A stretch of DNA of 63,932 bases, the filler included, from Barthelona sp. PAP020 (lineage: Eukaryota), in assembly GCA_040182905.1 (NCBI GenBank). It is 3 parts of 3 records of this genome, joined end to end, with 100 filler letters (N's around TTAATTAATTAA, not from the genome) between each part and the next. Parts side by side here need not be neighbours in the genome. Positions count along the whole stretch, not along the records: positions 1 to 24,357 come from JARQWU010000159.1; positions 24,458 to 48,675 come from JARQWU010000160.1; 1 more part is not named here. One strand, 5' to 3'. The translations under genes were made by a program, and so were the position numbers. The stretch's first letter is position 1; each line of letters begins with the position of its first letter. Under the pieces are notes generated by a model. That model had not been told where the DNA came from and searched no databases. It saw nothing but the letters and a program-made list of their open reading frames with translations. Positions 22,873-33,909 of this stretch are shown here, one piece after another.

Positions 22873-23751
22873 ATGGATCTTAACACTGCAGTTGAGGAAA
22901 CTGACTCTTATGTTAAGTATAACATGGATCGAGTTGTTGTTCCAGATGGGTTTGTTGTGGATGGATTTGAAGATGATGGTAGGCCAAAGAAGATATATTA
23001 TGGAGCGGGTAATGATAATCTGGAGGTTGTCAAGCAGTGTATCAAAGCTGGCGTTGATGTGAACAAACAAGGTAAGGAAGGAAGGACAGCGCTTTGGGGA
23101 GCTGCTTTTAATGGGCATATTGAAGTTGTTCAATTTTTGTTGGATTTTGGCGCTGATGTTCATCTGAGTATGAATGAGGGTGCTTGTCCATTATCTGCTA
23201 GTTGTTATAATGGTCATCTTGATGTTGCCAAAATTCTTTTAAATCATGGAGCTGATATTAATTTGTGTCCTGATGATGGTAGTTCTCCATTATACATCAG
23301 TTGTCAAAATGGTCATCTTGATGTTACCAAAATGCTCTTGGATCATGGAGCTGATATTAATTTGTGTAATAAGAATTGTGGTTCTCCATTATATGTCAGT
23401 TGTCAACAAGGTCATCTTGATGTTGTCAAAATGCTCTTGGATCATGGAGCAGATGTTAATTTGTGCTGGAATGGTGGATTTTCTCCATTATACATTAGTT
23501 GTGAAAAAGGTCATCTTGATGTTGCTAAAATTCTTTTGGTTCATGGAGCTGATGTTAATTTGTTTATGAATGATGATGCTTCTCCATTGTACATCAGTTG
23601 TGGAAAAGGTCACCTTGACATAGTCAAACTTCTATTAGATCATAGAGCCGATGTTAATCTCAAATTTCAACAAAAATGGACACCAATGGATATTGCCAAA
23701 GATCGAGGTCATTCCGAGATTGTACAACTTCTCCAGCCCTTCTACAATTGA
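22873..23751 (+). CDS. Ankyrin-repeat protein
   Basis: About 7 repeats SPLYISC..GHLDV.K.LLDHGAD, near-identical 99-bp DNA units. Confidence 0.93.
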   Translation: MDLNTAVEETDSYVKYNMDRVVVPDGFVVDGFEDDGRPKKIYYGAGNDNLEVVKQCIKAGVDVNKQGKEGRTALWGAAFNGHIEVVQFLLDFGADVHLSMNEGACPLSASCYNGHLDVAKILLNHGADINLCPDDGSSPLYISCQNGHLDVTKMLLDHGADINLCNKNCGSPLYVSCQQGHLDVVKMLLDHGADVNLCWNGGFSPLYISCEKGHLDVAKILLVHGADVNLFMNDDASPLYISCGKGHLDIVKLLLDHRADVNLKFQQKWTPMDIAKDRGHSEIVQLLQPFYN

Positions 23752-24225
23752 TCCAATCTTTTTTCTTTTTAACAGACTTGACTTCACAAAACATCAGCCT
23801 ATTGATAAATTATCACACGACAATGACACTTGAAAACAGACAACTGTATTTCACAGCTTTCTATTCATATTTTCAATTTGCAGTGTTTGGATCAAAGTGT
23901 AACCACATTTTATAAACTCTTCAATTTTGTTATTGCCAATCAAACAGTGAACTTTTGAAGTGAGTATTTTTCTGTCTGGTGTATCAACCGAAATGAAAAC
24001 TCTATCGAGCCTTCTGTGCTTACTATGGTTGAAATCTTATCCACAATTGGTTTAGTCAAATTGGATGGTAGTGAGATACCCATAGATAAATATCTTCACA
24101 ATTCTTTTTGCTTCCAACCTGAGGCTGTAATTGGTGAATCTGGAATGATTTCTATTTGCTTTATAACCTCGAAAGTTCAACAGATATTTTTGAATTAGAA
24201 TATCAATTAAAAAATATTAGAATCT

Positions 24226-24357
24226 TTTATTAGATATTTATAAGGTATGAGTTGTTCAGTGAACAACGAAACGAGTTAGCTTAAGGTTTGGGGAAAACTC
24301 ACGTGGATTCAGATGCCCAAGTAACTTAAAAAATTGGACCTAAAGGTGGTCAAGAAA
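24226..24357 (+). repeat. Repeat A copy 2 (truncated by contig end)
   Basis: 132 nt matching 34176-34307 with 2 substitutions. Confidence 0.95.
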
Positions 24358-24457
24358 NNNNNNNNNNNNNNNNNNNNNNNNNNNNNNNNNNNNNNNNNNN
24401 NTTAATTAATTAANNNNNNNNNNNNNNNNNNNNNNNNNNNNNNNNNNNNNNNNNNNN
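24358..24457. other. Artificial contig spacer
   Basis: 44 N + TTAATTAATTAA (stops in all six frames) + 44 N. Confidence 0.98.
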
Positions 24458-24691
24458 AAAATTCGGTTCCTATTTGGTTTCCACATTAACCTAATTGAAA
24501 CAAAATAATCTCTCGGGGCATAAAAAAAAAAAAAAAAAAAATACTGAAAAAAAGATGGAAGCGCAAATGAATAACAAAAATAAACTGAAACATATTTATT
24601 TTTCAACTCTTGTCAGTTTAAATGAGAAAATGTTCATTTTTTAAGGAGGTTTTTGAAAACAAAAAACAATTATTTTTTTTTAAATTTAAAT

Positions 24692-25951
24692 ATGTCAAAA
24701 TTCACTTTGGAAGAAATTTCTAAAGTGACGCCTTGCATTAAAATGGAAAATCAAAAAACTGAAAGGAATTTTGAAATCGAACTGCAGGAAGAAAATGTAA
24801 TTTTGAAATTAGAGTTATACAAGTTAAAAAGTCAATTGCAAGATGCCAATTTTCGATTGATGTCAAACAAAAATGAAGAGGTTGATGATACTGCTAAAGT
24901 TTTTTTTGATAATCAACGACAAAAAACATTTGAGGAAGGAATTCAGCAATTAAATACTGAACTTGAACAAAAACAATCATATATTGAATATTTAGAAAAG
25001 GATAGAAATATATTTAAAAATAATTTAGAAATTTTCGAAAGTAAGTTTGAAAAAAAATGTGAGGATTGTGAAGAATTGAATGAAAAATTCAAAAAATGTC
25101 TTAATTTTTTAAAAGAAACTCGAAATCATGAATTATTTTATAAAAATTTATTTGAAGAATTGACAAGATTGTTCGAAGACTATGGATATGATTTCAATTT
25201 TGAAGAAGATGAACACGTGTTGGAGGATATCGAATCGCTTTTACAAACGTGCAATCCTGAATTAGTAAATGAATTGGAGGAAAATTTTGTTTCACAGAAT
25301 TTTAACAAAATTATGACCTTAAATAAAGTTCAAAAAGAATTAAATGGCTTATTTGGTTCATTTGTTCCTATGTTAGAGCATGCTTATGATAATATTCATT
25401 TGATTGCTGATGAAATTGATAAGTTTAAAAAGTTGAAAGAGTGTCACAATTCACAATCTCAAAAACTTCAAATGGTTTGTATGGAGAAGGAAGATTTGAA
25501 AAATACACTTAATTGCAAAGACAATGAAATAAATGAATTGAAAGAAAAAATTGTTGAAATGGAGCTTGAAATGAGCAATATAAGGGGTCAAATATGTGAT
25601 TTATCAGATCATAAACCAAATAATCATGTTGAAAAACCAATTGTTGTTGATGACAAACCAATGAAATTGGAAGATGAAGAGCATATCATGGAATCAATTA
25701 ATTCATCGTTAAAATTGGATGAAACTAAAGAAATGGAAATGTCCTCCCCAATTATTGATAAAAAAAATGATGATAATAGTCCAAAGAAAATGGAAATGGA
25801 TTTATCTGATATTCAAGCTGAAGTAACCACACCTTCTGATGGCAAAACACCCATTAAAAATTCTTTATCCCCAGATTATTCAAAATTGACTTTTAGTCCT
25901 GACCCAACAGATGATTTGGATGGATTTTTGCAAAGTATTGGTATTTCGTGA
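24692..25951 (+). CDS. Coiled-coil protein of unknown function
   Basis: Long ORF with E/K/L heptad composition. Confidence 0.75.
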   Translation: MSKFTLEEISKVTPCIKMENQKTERNFEIELQEENVILKLELYKLKSQLQDANFRLMSNKNEEVDDTAKVFFDNQRQKTFEEGIQQLNTELEQKQSYIEYLEKDRNIFKNNLEIFESKFEKKCEDCEELNEKFKKCLNFLKETRNHELFYKNLFEELTRLFEDYGYDFNFEEDEHVLEDIESLLQTCNPELVNELEENFVSQNFNKIMTLNKVQKELNGLFGSFVPMLEHAYDNIHLIADEIDKFKKLKECHNSQSQKLQMVCMEKEDLKNTLNCKDNEINELKEKIVEMELEMSNIRGQICDLSDHKPNNHVEKPIVVDDKPMKLEDEEHIMESINSSLKLDETKEMEMSSPIIDKKNDDNSPKKMEMDLSDIQAEVTTPSDGKTPIKNSLSPDYSKLTFSPDPTDDLDGFLQSIGIS

Positions 25952-26182
25952 GTCATTTTGTTTTTCATTAATATAGTCATGTAAATTGTAGATATTTTGT
26001 CCTTATTTTTCCATCAATTCGATGAAAGACATTTCCCTGATTTTCAAATTTTTTTTTTTCATTTTGAAGGATATTCACAAGTTGCAAACACATAATAGTC
26101 ATACGTAAAAATTCAATTCTTCAATCGTTTTTATTTTAATTTTTTAAACTTCTTTTTTAATTTTTCCCTTTCATGAAACTCA

Positions 26183-27187
26183 ATGTTAGATAATATGAAA
26201 AACAATGATTTAAAACAAAGAAATAATACAATTAGTTTGAAATATCTGAATGATTTCATTGAAGACAACAATTTGGTCATTGAAAAGGTTACAAATGAAG
26301 AAAAATCCCTTTTAAATTCTCTTTTATTAATTCCTTTTAATATTGATTTCGTTTCTTTGAGGAAACATGAACAATTACAAATTTTCGCTTTGTTGTGGTT
26401 GCCTGCTCCTTCAGGTTGGATTGAAAGGAAAAATTATTCAAAGAAGTATTTTGTAATGAAAGACACGAACATAATTCTATATCATCATCCGTATTTTTAC
26501 AAATATTGTGAATTAATTTTAAACTTTGAATCAGAAAACAAGAACAATTTATTTGAAGATGATATTTGTGGTTCTGAATTTGATTTATCGCAATCAGATG
26601 ATGATTTAGACTTTATGGAAAATAGGTTAAATTCAAAAATAAATAATAACAATAAAGATATTAAAAATATCATCAGATCTGAAATTAACAAGCAATTTAG
26701 AAAAGATCAACTTAATTTGCATAATAATACACTTCACCATTATGAAAAATTACTTTCTGACACACACAATCGAATGATGGAATTAAGCTCTTCAATTCCT
26801 TCAATTTTAGATAGCCAAATTGAGAAGATGAATCAGCATTATGTTTATATGGCTGAAAAATTATCTCCTCAAAAGATTTCTCAAATAAACACAAGTTCTT
26901 TAAATGATCAAACAAATTTCATGAATAATAACGCTGAAACGACAACACCTAACTCCAAACACTTTCTCAATGAAAACTATTTTGACAGTCAAGTGCGTCA
27001 AATTGTAACACCCAATAATTTCACTTCTGGTGTAATATCCACACCATATTTAAATTCGGCTCAATTTCACGCTCAATTTAGAAAAAGGTCTACAGATGAT
27101 ATATTGAAAATGGCGCAGATATCTTCTAGAGAATTACATGAATTGAGTAAAGATGCTTCATCTACTCATCAAGCGACAACCATTTGA
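26183..27187 (+). CDS. Protein with degenerate CEP164-type WW domain and coiled coil
   Basis: LPAPSGWIERKNYSKKYFV...YHHPYFYKY resembles the LP..W......YYFN....S.WDHP WW pattern. Confidence 0.5.
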   Translation: MLDNMKNNDLKQRNNTISLKYLNDFIEDNNLVIEKVTNEEKSLLNSLLLIPFNIDFVSLRKHEQLQIFALLWLPAPSGWIERKNYSKKYFVMKDTNIILYHHPYFYKYCELILNFESENKNNLFEDDICGSEFDLSQSDDDLDFMENRLNSKINNNNKDIKNIIRSEINKQFRKDQLNLHNNTLHHYEKLLSDTHNRMMELSSSIPSILDSQIEKMNQHYVYMAEKLSPQKISQINTSSLNDQTNFMNNNAETTTPNSKHFLNENYFDSQVRQIVTPNNFTSGVISTPYLNSAQFHAQFRKRSTDDILKMAQISSRELHELSKDASSTHQATTI

Positions 27188-27724
27188 TAATACTCTTAAT
27201 ATTTGAAATAAGCATGTATATTCCTCAAATGAACAATTGGCTTCACCTTGTTTTTTTTTTTTGAAAATTTGAAGCAAAATATTCAGCATGACAATGTAAA
27301 TGCAATTTGATGATGATGTCAGAAAAACAAAGCAAAAAGGAAATTTGTTACATTTTTTGACCATTTTTAAAGTTCTAATTAGATAACTTTAGATTCGAAA
27401 ACGTCTAAAAAATGAATAATGAATCAAAGGATTGATTTATTACAAAATATTCATTTAAAATGAGATTTTGTAATGCATAAAGTACAGTCAAAAGCCCAAT
27501 GTTTATTTTGAAAGAATTTTTAATCCTCTAAACAAATACAAATTTTGGTTCATTGTTGCGCAATTGATTTATTCAACTCTTTTTCAATATTTGGAAATCT
27601 CTCAAATAGTGGATAAAAAAACTTTCTTCATTTATCTTTTTTATTCTTAACCTTTCCAGAAATAAGTTTGTTCTTAATGGAAATGGGGAAATTTTAACAA
27701 CAACACACATTGAAAAAAAAAAAA

Positions 27725-29221
27725 TTACAAGGAACACAGTTTTGAATATTTTGAAGATATGTACACATGACCTGACCACGACAGCAAAGGTAAAACAGGT
27801 TTTTGAATTGAATCATTTACAACATCATAACATTTGAGATGTTTAAAACAAAAATCGAAATGGGGAATTTCATACATTTCTTCCTCACTTTGCTCAAAAT
27901 CGCTGAAATTAATGACAATCAAAGCATAATCTTCTGTGTTTGGATCTCCTTTACCAATAACAACTACCATTTTTTCATTTGTATCCCAATGAATAAATGA
28001 AATATCATTTTGCATGAATGCTGGATGGTGCTTCCTTATTTCTAACAAACGGCATTGACATTCAAAATCTGGAAGTTCAGTAAAAAGTGGAATTGAAACA
28101 GAAGAAATGCAAGCAATTAAATGTGCTTCTGAAGGAATTTTTTGATAAATGTTGATTATATTGGTCAGATCTTGAACACCCAATCTCAAAGGATTGACAA
28201 GTAGTTTGACACCTTCAAAGAAATCATCTTCAATTAATTGAAATATTACTTCATGCAACACTGCGTCAACTCTATTTTGCCTAATTAATTCAATAATATC
28301 ATTTTTAGAATCAGCAACAACAATAAACTTCGCGTCATGATGAAAAGTTGCTAAAACATGTTCACATCTTTGATTCCATTGTTGTCTGACTGCTTTAGTA
28401 ATTCTTTCAATAAAATCCCAGTTATCAATCTCATCAACATCTTCCAAAAGTAATCCATCGAAATATTTGGTGAAAACAAGAAGTCTTGAAATCAAAAATT
28501 CTTGAAAAGGAATTTGTTCCTTCTTTCGCCCATCAAGAGGTGAATAACCAACAGATTTATGAAGCAACTCCGGGGATCCTGTTGGAATGTATGGAAGCAA
28601 TGATCGATTCAATAATTTTGTGATATTCAAGGCCAAAATTGTGCGTATTTTCTTCTCATGCAAAATATTAATCAATCTCAATAATTCAACAAATGAATTT
28701 GCTAAAACTGCTTCCAGTTCCAAAAAAAAACCATTAACACCTATTTCATCCAAATCTTGAGAACAATAGAAGTCATAATCAATGTCCATTAAGGATAATG
28801 AATTATTGAAAGGAAGTGAACGAATACCTTTATTACTCCTTTCAAACACCTCAAAATCACCAGATGGATCACATACAGTACGCTCATTTCCTGTTAACAT
28901 ACAAATAGACACATAATCTCCACTGCTATACACACAATCAGGATTGAAGGATATATTCCATGGATCTCCAAAAATTTCCGAATGGCATACAGAATATCCA
29001 TAATGAATTACTTCGTTTTTAACCAAGTCTGTTTCAGAAATTGACAAAACAAACAAATCTTTAAAAAGAGGATGGCTTGACATTAAAAAAGCTTGTTTGG
29101 GTTCAAATGTACCATCATTATCATTTCCAACGATAAATTCAACATCCAAATTTGTTTCTGAATTCTCAGGGATCCACAAAATAAAATTATTCTTTTCTAA
29201 TTCTTGAATATTTTTGTTCAT
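27725..29221 (-). CDS. Degenerate GH13 (alpha-amylase/branching-enzyme-like) protein, probably inactive
   Basis: F.LW.P N-domain, ELLRLINILHEKKIRTIL, FDGLLLEDV (DGFRFD site), LLEIRKHHPAF, ALIVINFS C-domain. Confidence 0.6.
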   Translation of the reverse strand: MNKNIQELEKNNFILWIPENSETNLDVEFIVGNDNDGTFEPKQAFLMSSHPLFKDLFVLSISETDLVKNEVIHYGYSVCHSEIFGDPWNISFNPDCVYSSGDYVSICMLTGNERTVCDPSGDFEVFERSNKGIRSLPFNNSLSLMDIDYDFYCSQDLDEIGVNGFFLELEAVLANSFVELLRLINILHEKKIRTILALNITKLLNRSLLPYIPTGSPELLHKSVGYSPLDGRKKEQIPFQEFLISRLLVFTKYFDGLLLEDVDEIDNWDFIERITKAVRQQWNQRCEHVLATFHHDAKFIVVADSKNDIIELIRQNRVDAVLHEVIFQLIEDDFFEGVKLLVNPLRLGVQDLTNIINIYQKIPSEAHLIACISSVSIPLFTELPDFECQCRLLEIRKHHPAFMQNDISFIHWDTNEKMVVVIGKGDPNTEDYALIVINFSDFEQSEEEMYEIPHFDFCFKHLKCYDVVNDSIQKPVLPLLSWSGHVYISSKYSKLCSL

Positions 29222-29439
29222 AAAATAATGAAATGATAGGTTGAACGATTTTCACACTTTAAACAGTGAAAATTTTTGAGTGTAAAAAAAAATGATTGAC
29301 TACAGATGATTACTCCAGTCATCTTATAAAAAATATCACTCAGTCAAAGAAAAAAAAAGGAATTAAATGCCTGACATAAAAAAAGGAACAATGGCATCTT
29401 ATTTATATTTTACAAAAAAGTTTGACTAGGTAATACATT

Positions 29440-32028
29440 TTAAACATCTTGAACTGCTTGAACAACAATTTGGACAATATTAGTAAATATTGAATTTACA
29501 ATATCTGAATCAACACAAGAAACTGAAAGGCCAAACAATGGATAACAATCGGTGACATGAAAAGTAATATCAGAATTAATGCCCTGTTCAAAAAAGGGTC
29601 TAACATGATTGGCCTGCAAAGAATTAGAGAAAATTGTTGTGTGGTATTCATAATAAATTTGAGGATGTACAGAGATCGAATGTGAAGCAGAAAACGCATC
29701 AAGAATAAAAACTTTGAACAAGTCAATAAACAAAGTTCGGGAAAGTTTAATATTTTTTAGATTGTAATGAAAAGGAAAACAAACAGGTAAAAAAGAATGT
29801 AACGTTGACGACACAGTTGACATATGTCTCCTGACATAAATCAAAGGAGATTGGTCTATGTCACCGTATTTCATGGAGTAACAATGATGTAACATCCAAT
29901 AGCAAACAGACAAAAAAAAGGATTCCAAGCAGATACCCGTTGAGATACAAAATTTTCGAATTTTTTCAGACCTTTCAAAATCAAAAACCGTGGAAACTCT
30001 GTGAACCATCGAATTTGTTGATTGAAATTTCAATGAAACTAAATTCTTACAAAGGAAATTTGAAAAATAAGTTCCATAAAAATCAAAAGAATGAACAAAA
30101 GAAACATGTTCAATGGTTGTAGAATTAATGGCATGATTGAAAAATCTTCTAACAAATGAAGAATCCAACCAAAATTGTGCTATAACCAACAACAAACACT
30201 TTGATGAAGTGATTTGTAAACAAACAATGGAAATTGGGAACCAAAGCTCACTGGAAAACAAGTCTGAATGTAAAATATCTTCAAAACGTTCCAATGCCAT
30301 GTCTGATGGCATACGATGACCTACATAACTTTCATAACTAAAATAAAGAGGGTTTAATGAAATTTCTGGAAAGGAAGAAGCAACTTTCTCCAAAGACGCT
30401 TTTAATTTCCAGACTTCAAGATTTTGAATTTGATAAATAGAAAAATAGCTATTTCTAAATTTGTTTGGAATTGAACAACCACGTAATATATGATAAGAAT
30501 ATCTTTGAACAACAAATGAATAAAAAAAATAGGGATCCCAAAACATTTCAAAAAAATCAGTGAAAGATGGATTCAAAAATAAAAAAGAATGAAAATATAT
30601 CTCAAAACCAAAAGATTTCTGAAATTTTGAAATAAAGTTTGTTAACCCACAAACAGAAGTGTCATACTGCATATTCAAAAAATTTTTTGACAAATCAATT
30701 TGTTTAAAAGAATCATTCCAAAGGTTAAGAATTTTCTCATAAAGGAATGTCTTCAAATTTTCAAAAAAATTGTCATTCAATTCAAAATGTTCATCAATAA
30801 GGGTAGAACCATCGATCACCAACAATAATGAGGGAAAATCAAACTTCCCAAAAATCTGATTTTGACAAAACTCAAAATCTTCACAATCGTACAGTAAAAT
30901 GAATAATCTTCCCCAAATTTGATGAAAAAATATCAAAGAAGATGTCTTCAAAGAACTAACAAATTTTCTCAAATCAATATAATCCACAATACCATGGGGG
31001 GTAAAAAAAGTACGAATTCCATTTGATTTGTGAGAAAAAACATTTGGCTCTGTTTCTTTTACAATAAGCGAACTATTCAGGCAAAACAATGCGGAATTTG
31101 AATTTGCAGAAAAAGTTTCAGGGGATATATAAATCAATAATTCTGATTTATCATTCAATTCAGTCTTTTTTATGCATGGTAAAGGTTTAAACTTTAATGA
31201 ATTCCTTTCAGTAAATAATATACTCAAACCACCAAAAAGAAGAACATTAATCTGATCAACACCCTTACAATCAACGGACAAATGTTGAGTAGAAACATAA
31301 AATAACTTTGGACTGAAAATAAAATTGTCATGAATATAACGATTGTACAAAACATCTGTAACTATATTATCACAATTGTGAAAGGAACAACTGACACATA
31401 TGGTATTACCTGCCAACAAGCCACTGATAAAAGCACTGAAAAAAAAGAACTCAAAACCAGAAAAATCAACTAACATCACATGTTCATAGGAATTATCCCC
31501 ACCATTCTTTAAGAATTCAACATTCTTCAACACTGAAACAGAACTGACAGAAATTAGGAAAGAATCTTCAACAAAAACATTTGCCAATATGTAATGAGAA
31601 ATAATGGGATGATCTTGATTTTCTTGCCACGAAAGAAGTAAATCAGGTGAATCAAAATCATATTCAATTGGTATAACAATATTCATATTCCACACAAAGT
31701 CAGAATAACCGAGAATAAAAGCAATGCTTAAAGAATCCATAACAAATTGCGAATTGTGCTTGAAGACATTCTCGTCAATAACCATAAAAGGATATCCCAT
31801 CAACCAACATGCAAAAATTGATATAATCATATCCAAAGGATGAGTTTCCAAAATTATTACCGTAGAATCAGAAAATAATCCACTCGAAGGAAATTTTTGA
31901 GCCAAAGACAAAGAAAAGTGTATCAATTCTTCAAAAGTTAAAGACTTCGAAAATTCTGGTAAAATTATCGCTGGTCTTTTCTTATGAAATTTAAAATATT
32001 GAAATATGTCGACTATTGACTTTTGCAT
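29440..32028 (-). CDS. Degenerate NRPS-like protein, adenylation-thiolation-condensation order
   Basis: RPAII...SLTFEEL...DMIISIFACWLMGYPFMVID (A domain N-term); KILNLWNDSF..IDLSKNFLNMQYDTS...FGFEI...NPSF (PCP); SFVVQR...LEVWKLKASLEKV, IRKFC...GICL (C domain). Confidence 0.65.
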   Translation of the reverse strand: MQKSIVDIFQYFKFHKKRPAIILPEFSKSLTFEELIHFSLSLAQKFPSSGLFSDSTVIILETHPLDMIISIFACWLMGYPFMVIDENVFKHNSQFVMDSLSIAFILGYSDFVWNMNIVIPIEYDFDSPDLLLSWQENQDHPIISHYILANVFVEDSFLISVSSVSVLKNVEFLKNGGDNSYEHVMLVDFSGFEFFFFSAFISGLLAGNTICVSCSFHNCDNIVTDVLYNRYIHDNFIFSPKLFYVSTQHLSVDCKGVDQINVLLFGGLSILFTERNSLKFKPLPCIKKTELNDKSELLIYISPETFSANSNSALFCLNSSLIVKETEPNVFSHKSNGIRTFFTPHGIVDYIDLRKFVSSLKTSSLIFFHQIWGRLFILLYDCEDFEFCQNQIFGKFDFPSLLLVIDGSTLIDEHFELNDNFFENLKTFLYEKILNLWNDSFKQIDLSKNFLNMQYDTSVCGLTNFISKFQKSFGFEIYFHSFLFLNPSFTDFFEMFWDPYFFYSFVVQRYSYHILRGCSIPNKFRNSYFSIYQIQNLEVWKLKASLEKVASSFPEISLNPLYFSYESYVGHRMPSDMALERFEDILHSDLFSSELWFPISIVCLQITSSKCLLLVIAQFWLDSSFVRRFFNHAINSTTIEHVSFVHSFDFYGTYFSNFLCKNLVSLKFQSTNSMVHRVSTVFDFERSEKIRKFCISTGICLESFFLSVCYWMLHHCYSMKYGDIDQSPLIYVRRHMSTVSSTLHSFLPVCFPFHYNLKNIKLSRTLFIDLFKVFILDAFSASHSISVHPQIYYEYHTTIFSNSLQANHVRPFFEQGINSDITFHVTDCYPLFGLSVSCVDSDIVNSIFTNIVQIVVQAVQDV

Positions 32029-32082
32029 ACATCTAAAAAATGGTTAAAAGAAAATTTCCTTTTTTTATCAAATCTGCATTCC

Positions 32083-32469
32083 ATGTCAATAGTTCCAATT
32101 ACATCTGCTGTGATAGGTATAATTGCAATATTATCGATTATTTCGACTCTTTTGTTCTCATTTAATTCAATTTCCCTTAATTCTATATGTTCATGTATTT
32201 GTAATTCTAATGGTTATAATAAAACTTTTGAAGTGGATGCTTCAAGTGATTGCAGTGTTAATAGTTGTATTAACAATTTTTATGCAGATTGTGTTGGACA
32301 GCATATCGAAGCAAAATTCATCGACAGATCTTCGCTGTTTTTAGTATGGCCAATATTCTTTATGGTAGGATGCATCATAGTAACGTTGTTTATTGGACTT
32401 AGTCGATTCTGTATTCCAGGTATCAGAGATGCTTTCAATACTGAATCTATGCGTGCAGTAAAAAGGTAA
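32083..32469 (+). CDS. Small two-TM protein with Cys-rich loop
   Basis: Two hydrophobic segments flanking CSCIC...C...C...C. Confidence 0.65.
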   Translation: MSIVPITSAVIGIIAILSIISTLLFSFNSISLNSICSCICNSNGYNKTFEVDASSDCSVNSCINNFYADCVGQHIEAKFIDRSSLFLVWPIFFMVGCIIVTLFIGLSRFCIPGIRDAFNTESMRAVKR

Positions 32470-32853
32470 TCTGCTTGGTGTTTAAAATAATATTTATAAC
32501 TTACAATGTTTGAATTCAACCTTTGTTGTTTCATTATTATTTATCCGAGTTTTGGAGATGTAATTATTTTTGTTGTTGTTTTTTGACTGATTGAATGCAT
32601 ATGACACATTTTGACAAAAAGAAACTCTTCAGATTGTTGTTGGCTTTTCATTGATGTTTTTTTCATTTTGTTTTGTTCACATAAAATGATTTGTGTTTTA
32701 ATTGTTTTCAAAAAAGGAGCACTCTGAATGTAACATACAGTTTGGCAAATTGTTTTTTTAGCCTTGAATTGTCGTTAAATGCTATTATTCTCTCAAATGA
32801 TAATGGCAAAAGAAGAAAATAAAAGAAAGCATTTATTATTTGGAGATTAAACA

Positions 32854-32944
32854 ATTATTTCCAGGTCAAAAAGCACTGTTCGTATGAGAAATTAAGAAAA
32901 AATTGTGTTGATTGGGTTGAATGCTTTCGAGACCCTATTGATCT
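32854..32944 (+). repeat. Repeat B partial copy
   Basis: ATTATTTCCAGGTCAAAAAGCACTGT...GCTTTCGAGACCCTATTGATCT similar to the other B copies. Confidence 0.7.
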
Positions 32945-33539
32945 AAATGCTATAATGTTTCTTTGTGTTAGATTGTGAGGATGTTTGCACAAATTATTCA
33001 GGCTAGAAAGATTCTACAATTCTTTTTTCTTTGATATTCGTCAATATTGGAACATTCATTTTTCTGTTCACAAATATACTTTGCATTTATTCACATAAGT
33101 GATTTCATCACTTTTTTTCGAAATTGAAACAAGATCCGAATTTTGAAATATATGTGTCAAATTAAGAATCCATTCAACAAGCTGCTACAGATCAAACAAG
33201 ATAACTTTTTTTCTTGTTGCAGTGATAAAATTGATAAAACCCTGTTTTAAATGTAAATATTTTATCTTTTTTATTCCATCTTGGTTTAGCATTCGCAAAT
33301 GGATATAGCGATATCTGCATATCAGTTAAAAAACCCAAAATATGCCTGAAATAAGGAAATGCAAAAACTACTGTTGACGACTCATAAAATTCTTTTGAAG
33401 AACTTATTTCATTACATTTGGTGAGAATTGTCTCATTTATAATTGATGAAGTTCAGGCCTGGCAGCATTTAGGAATGTATGGGCAAAAGTGTTCGCAGCA
33501 AAGCGGACGGATTTCACGTAAAAGACCATATAAATGTGT

Positions 33540-33848
33540 TTAAGGTTTCTTCTTGCAATTTCTGATATTAATAGATATCAAAATTGAAAGTGAAATAACA
33601 ACAAAGAATCAAATGATTCAGGGTAATAAGGATGCAAGTGTGCATAGCAGGTTAACAAGGAATTACAAGGGTTCATCAAGGAAACCCAAAGAAGAACAAT
33701 CAAAATTTGTGGGCAAGAAGGGAAAAGATTATTAAACTTTTGTTTAGATAATCGCCCCATCCACACCTAAAGTATTTCTTTTTTTTTTTAAGAGTGTTCT
33801 GAACCATCCACGCAAAACGACTCAGTTGCAAGTTCCCCCAAACCTTAA
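33540..33848 (-). other. Hairpin-rich element D, diverged relative of repeat A
   Basis: Ends pair (TTAAGGTTT..CTTGCAA / TTGCAAG..AAACCTTAA); shares ordered motifs with A on the opposite strand. Confidence 0.6.
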
Positions 33849-33909
33849 CCGAGAACAATAAAGATCTTTATAAACATTTATTATCATTGTTGTGTGAAAT
33901 GAAACGAAT

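Noticed and set aside
23170..23660. CRISPR-like periodic repeats
   Set aside because: 99-bp in-frame ankyrin coding repeats with no unique spacers
1..24357. 24-kb giant transposon or virus bounded by inverted copies of repeat A
   Set aside because: Cargo is housekeeping genes with no transposase, polymerase or capsid; a third copy lies elsewhere; assemblies commonly break at repeats
24358..24457. TTAATTAATTAA palindrome within N runs (also 48676-48775)
   Set aside because: Synthetic contig spacer
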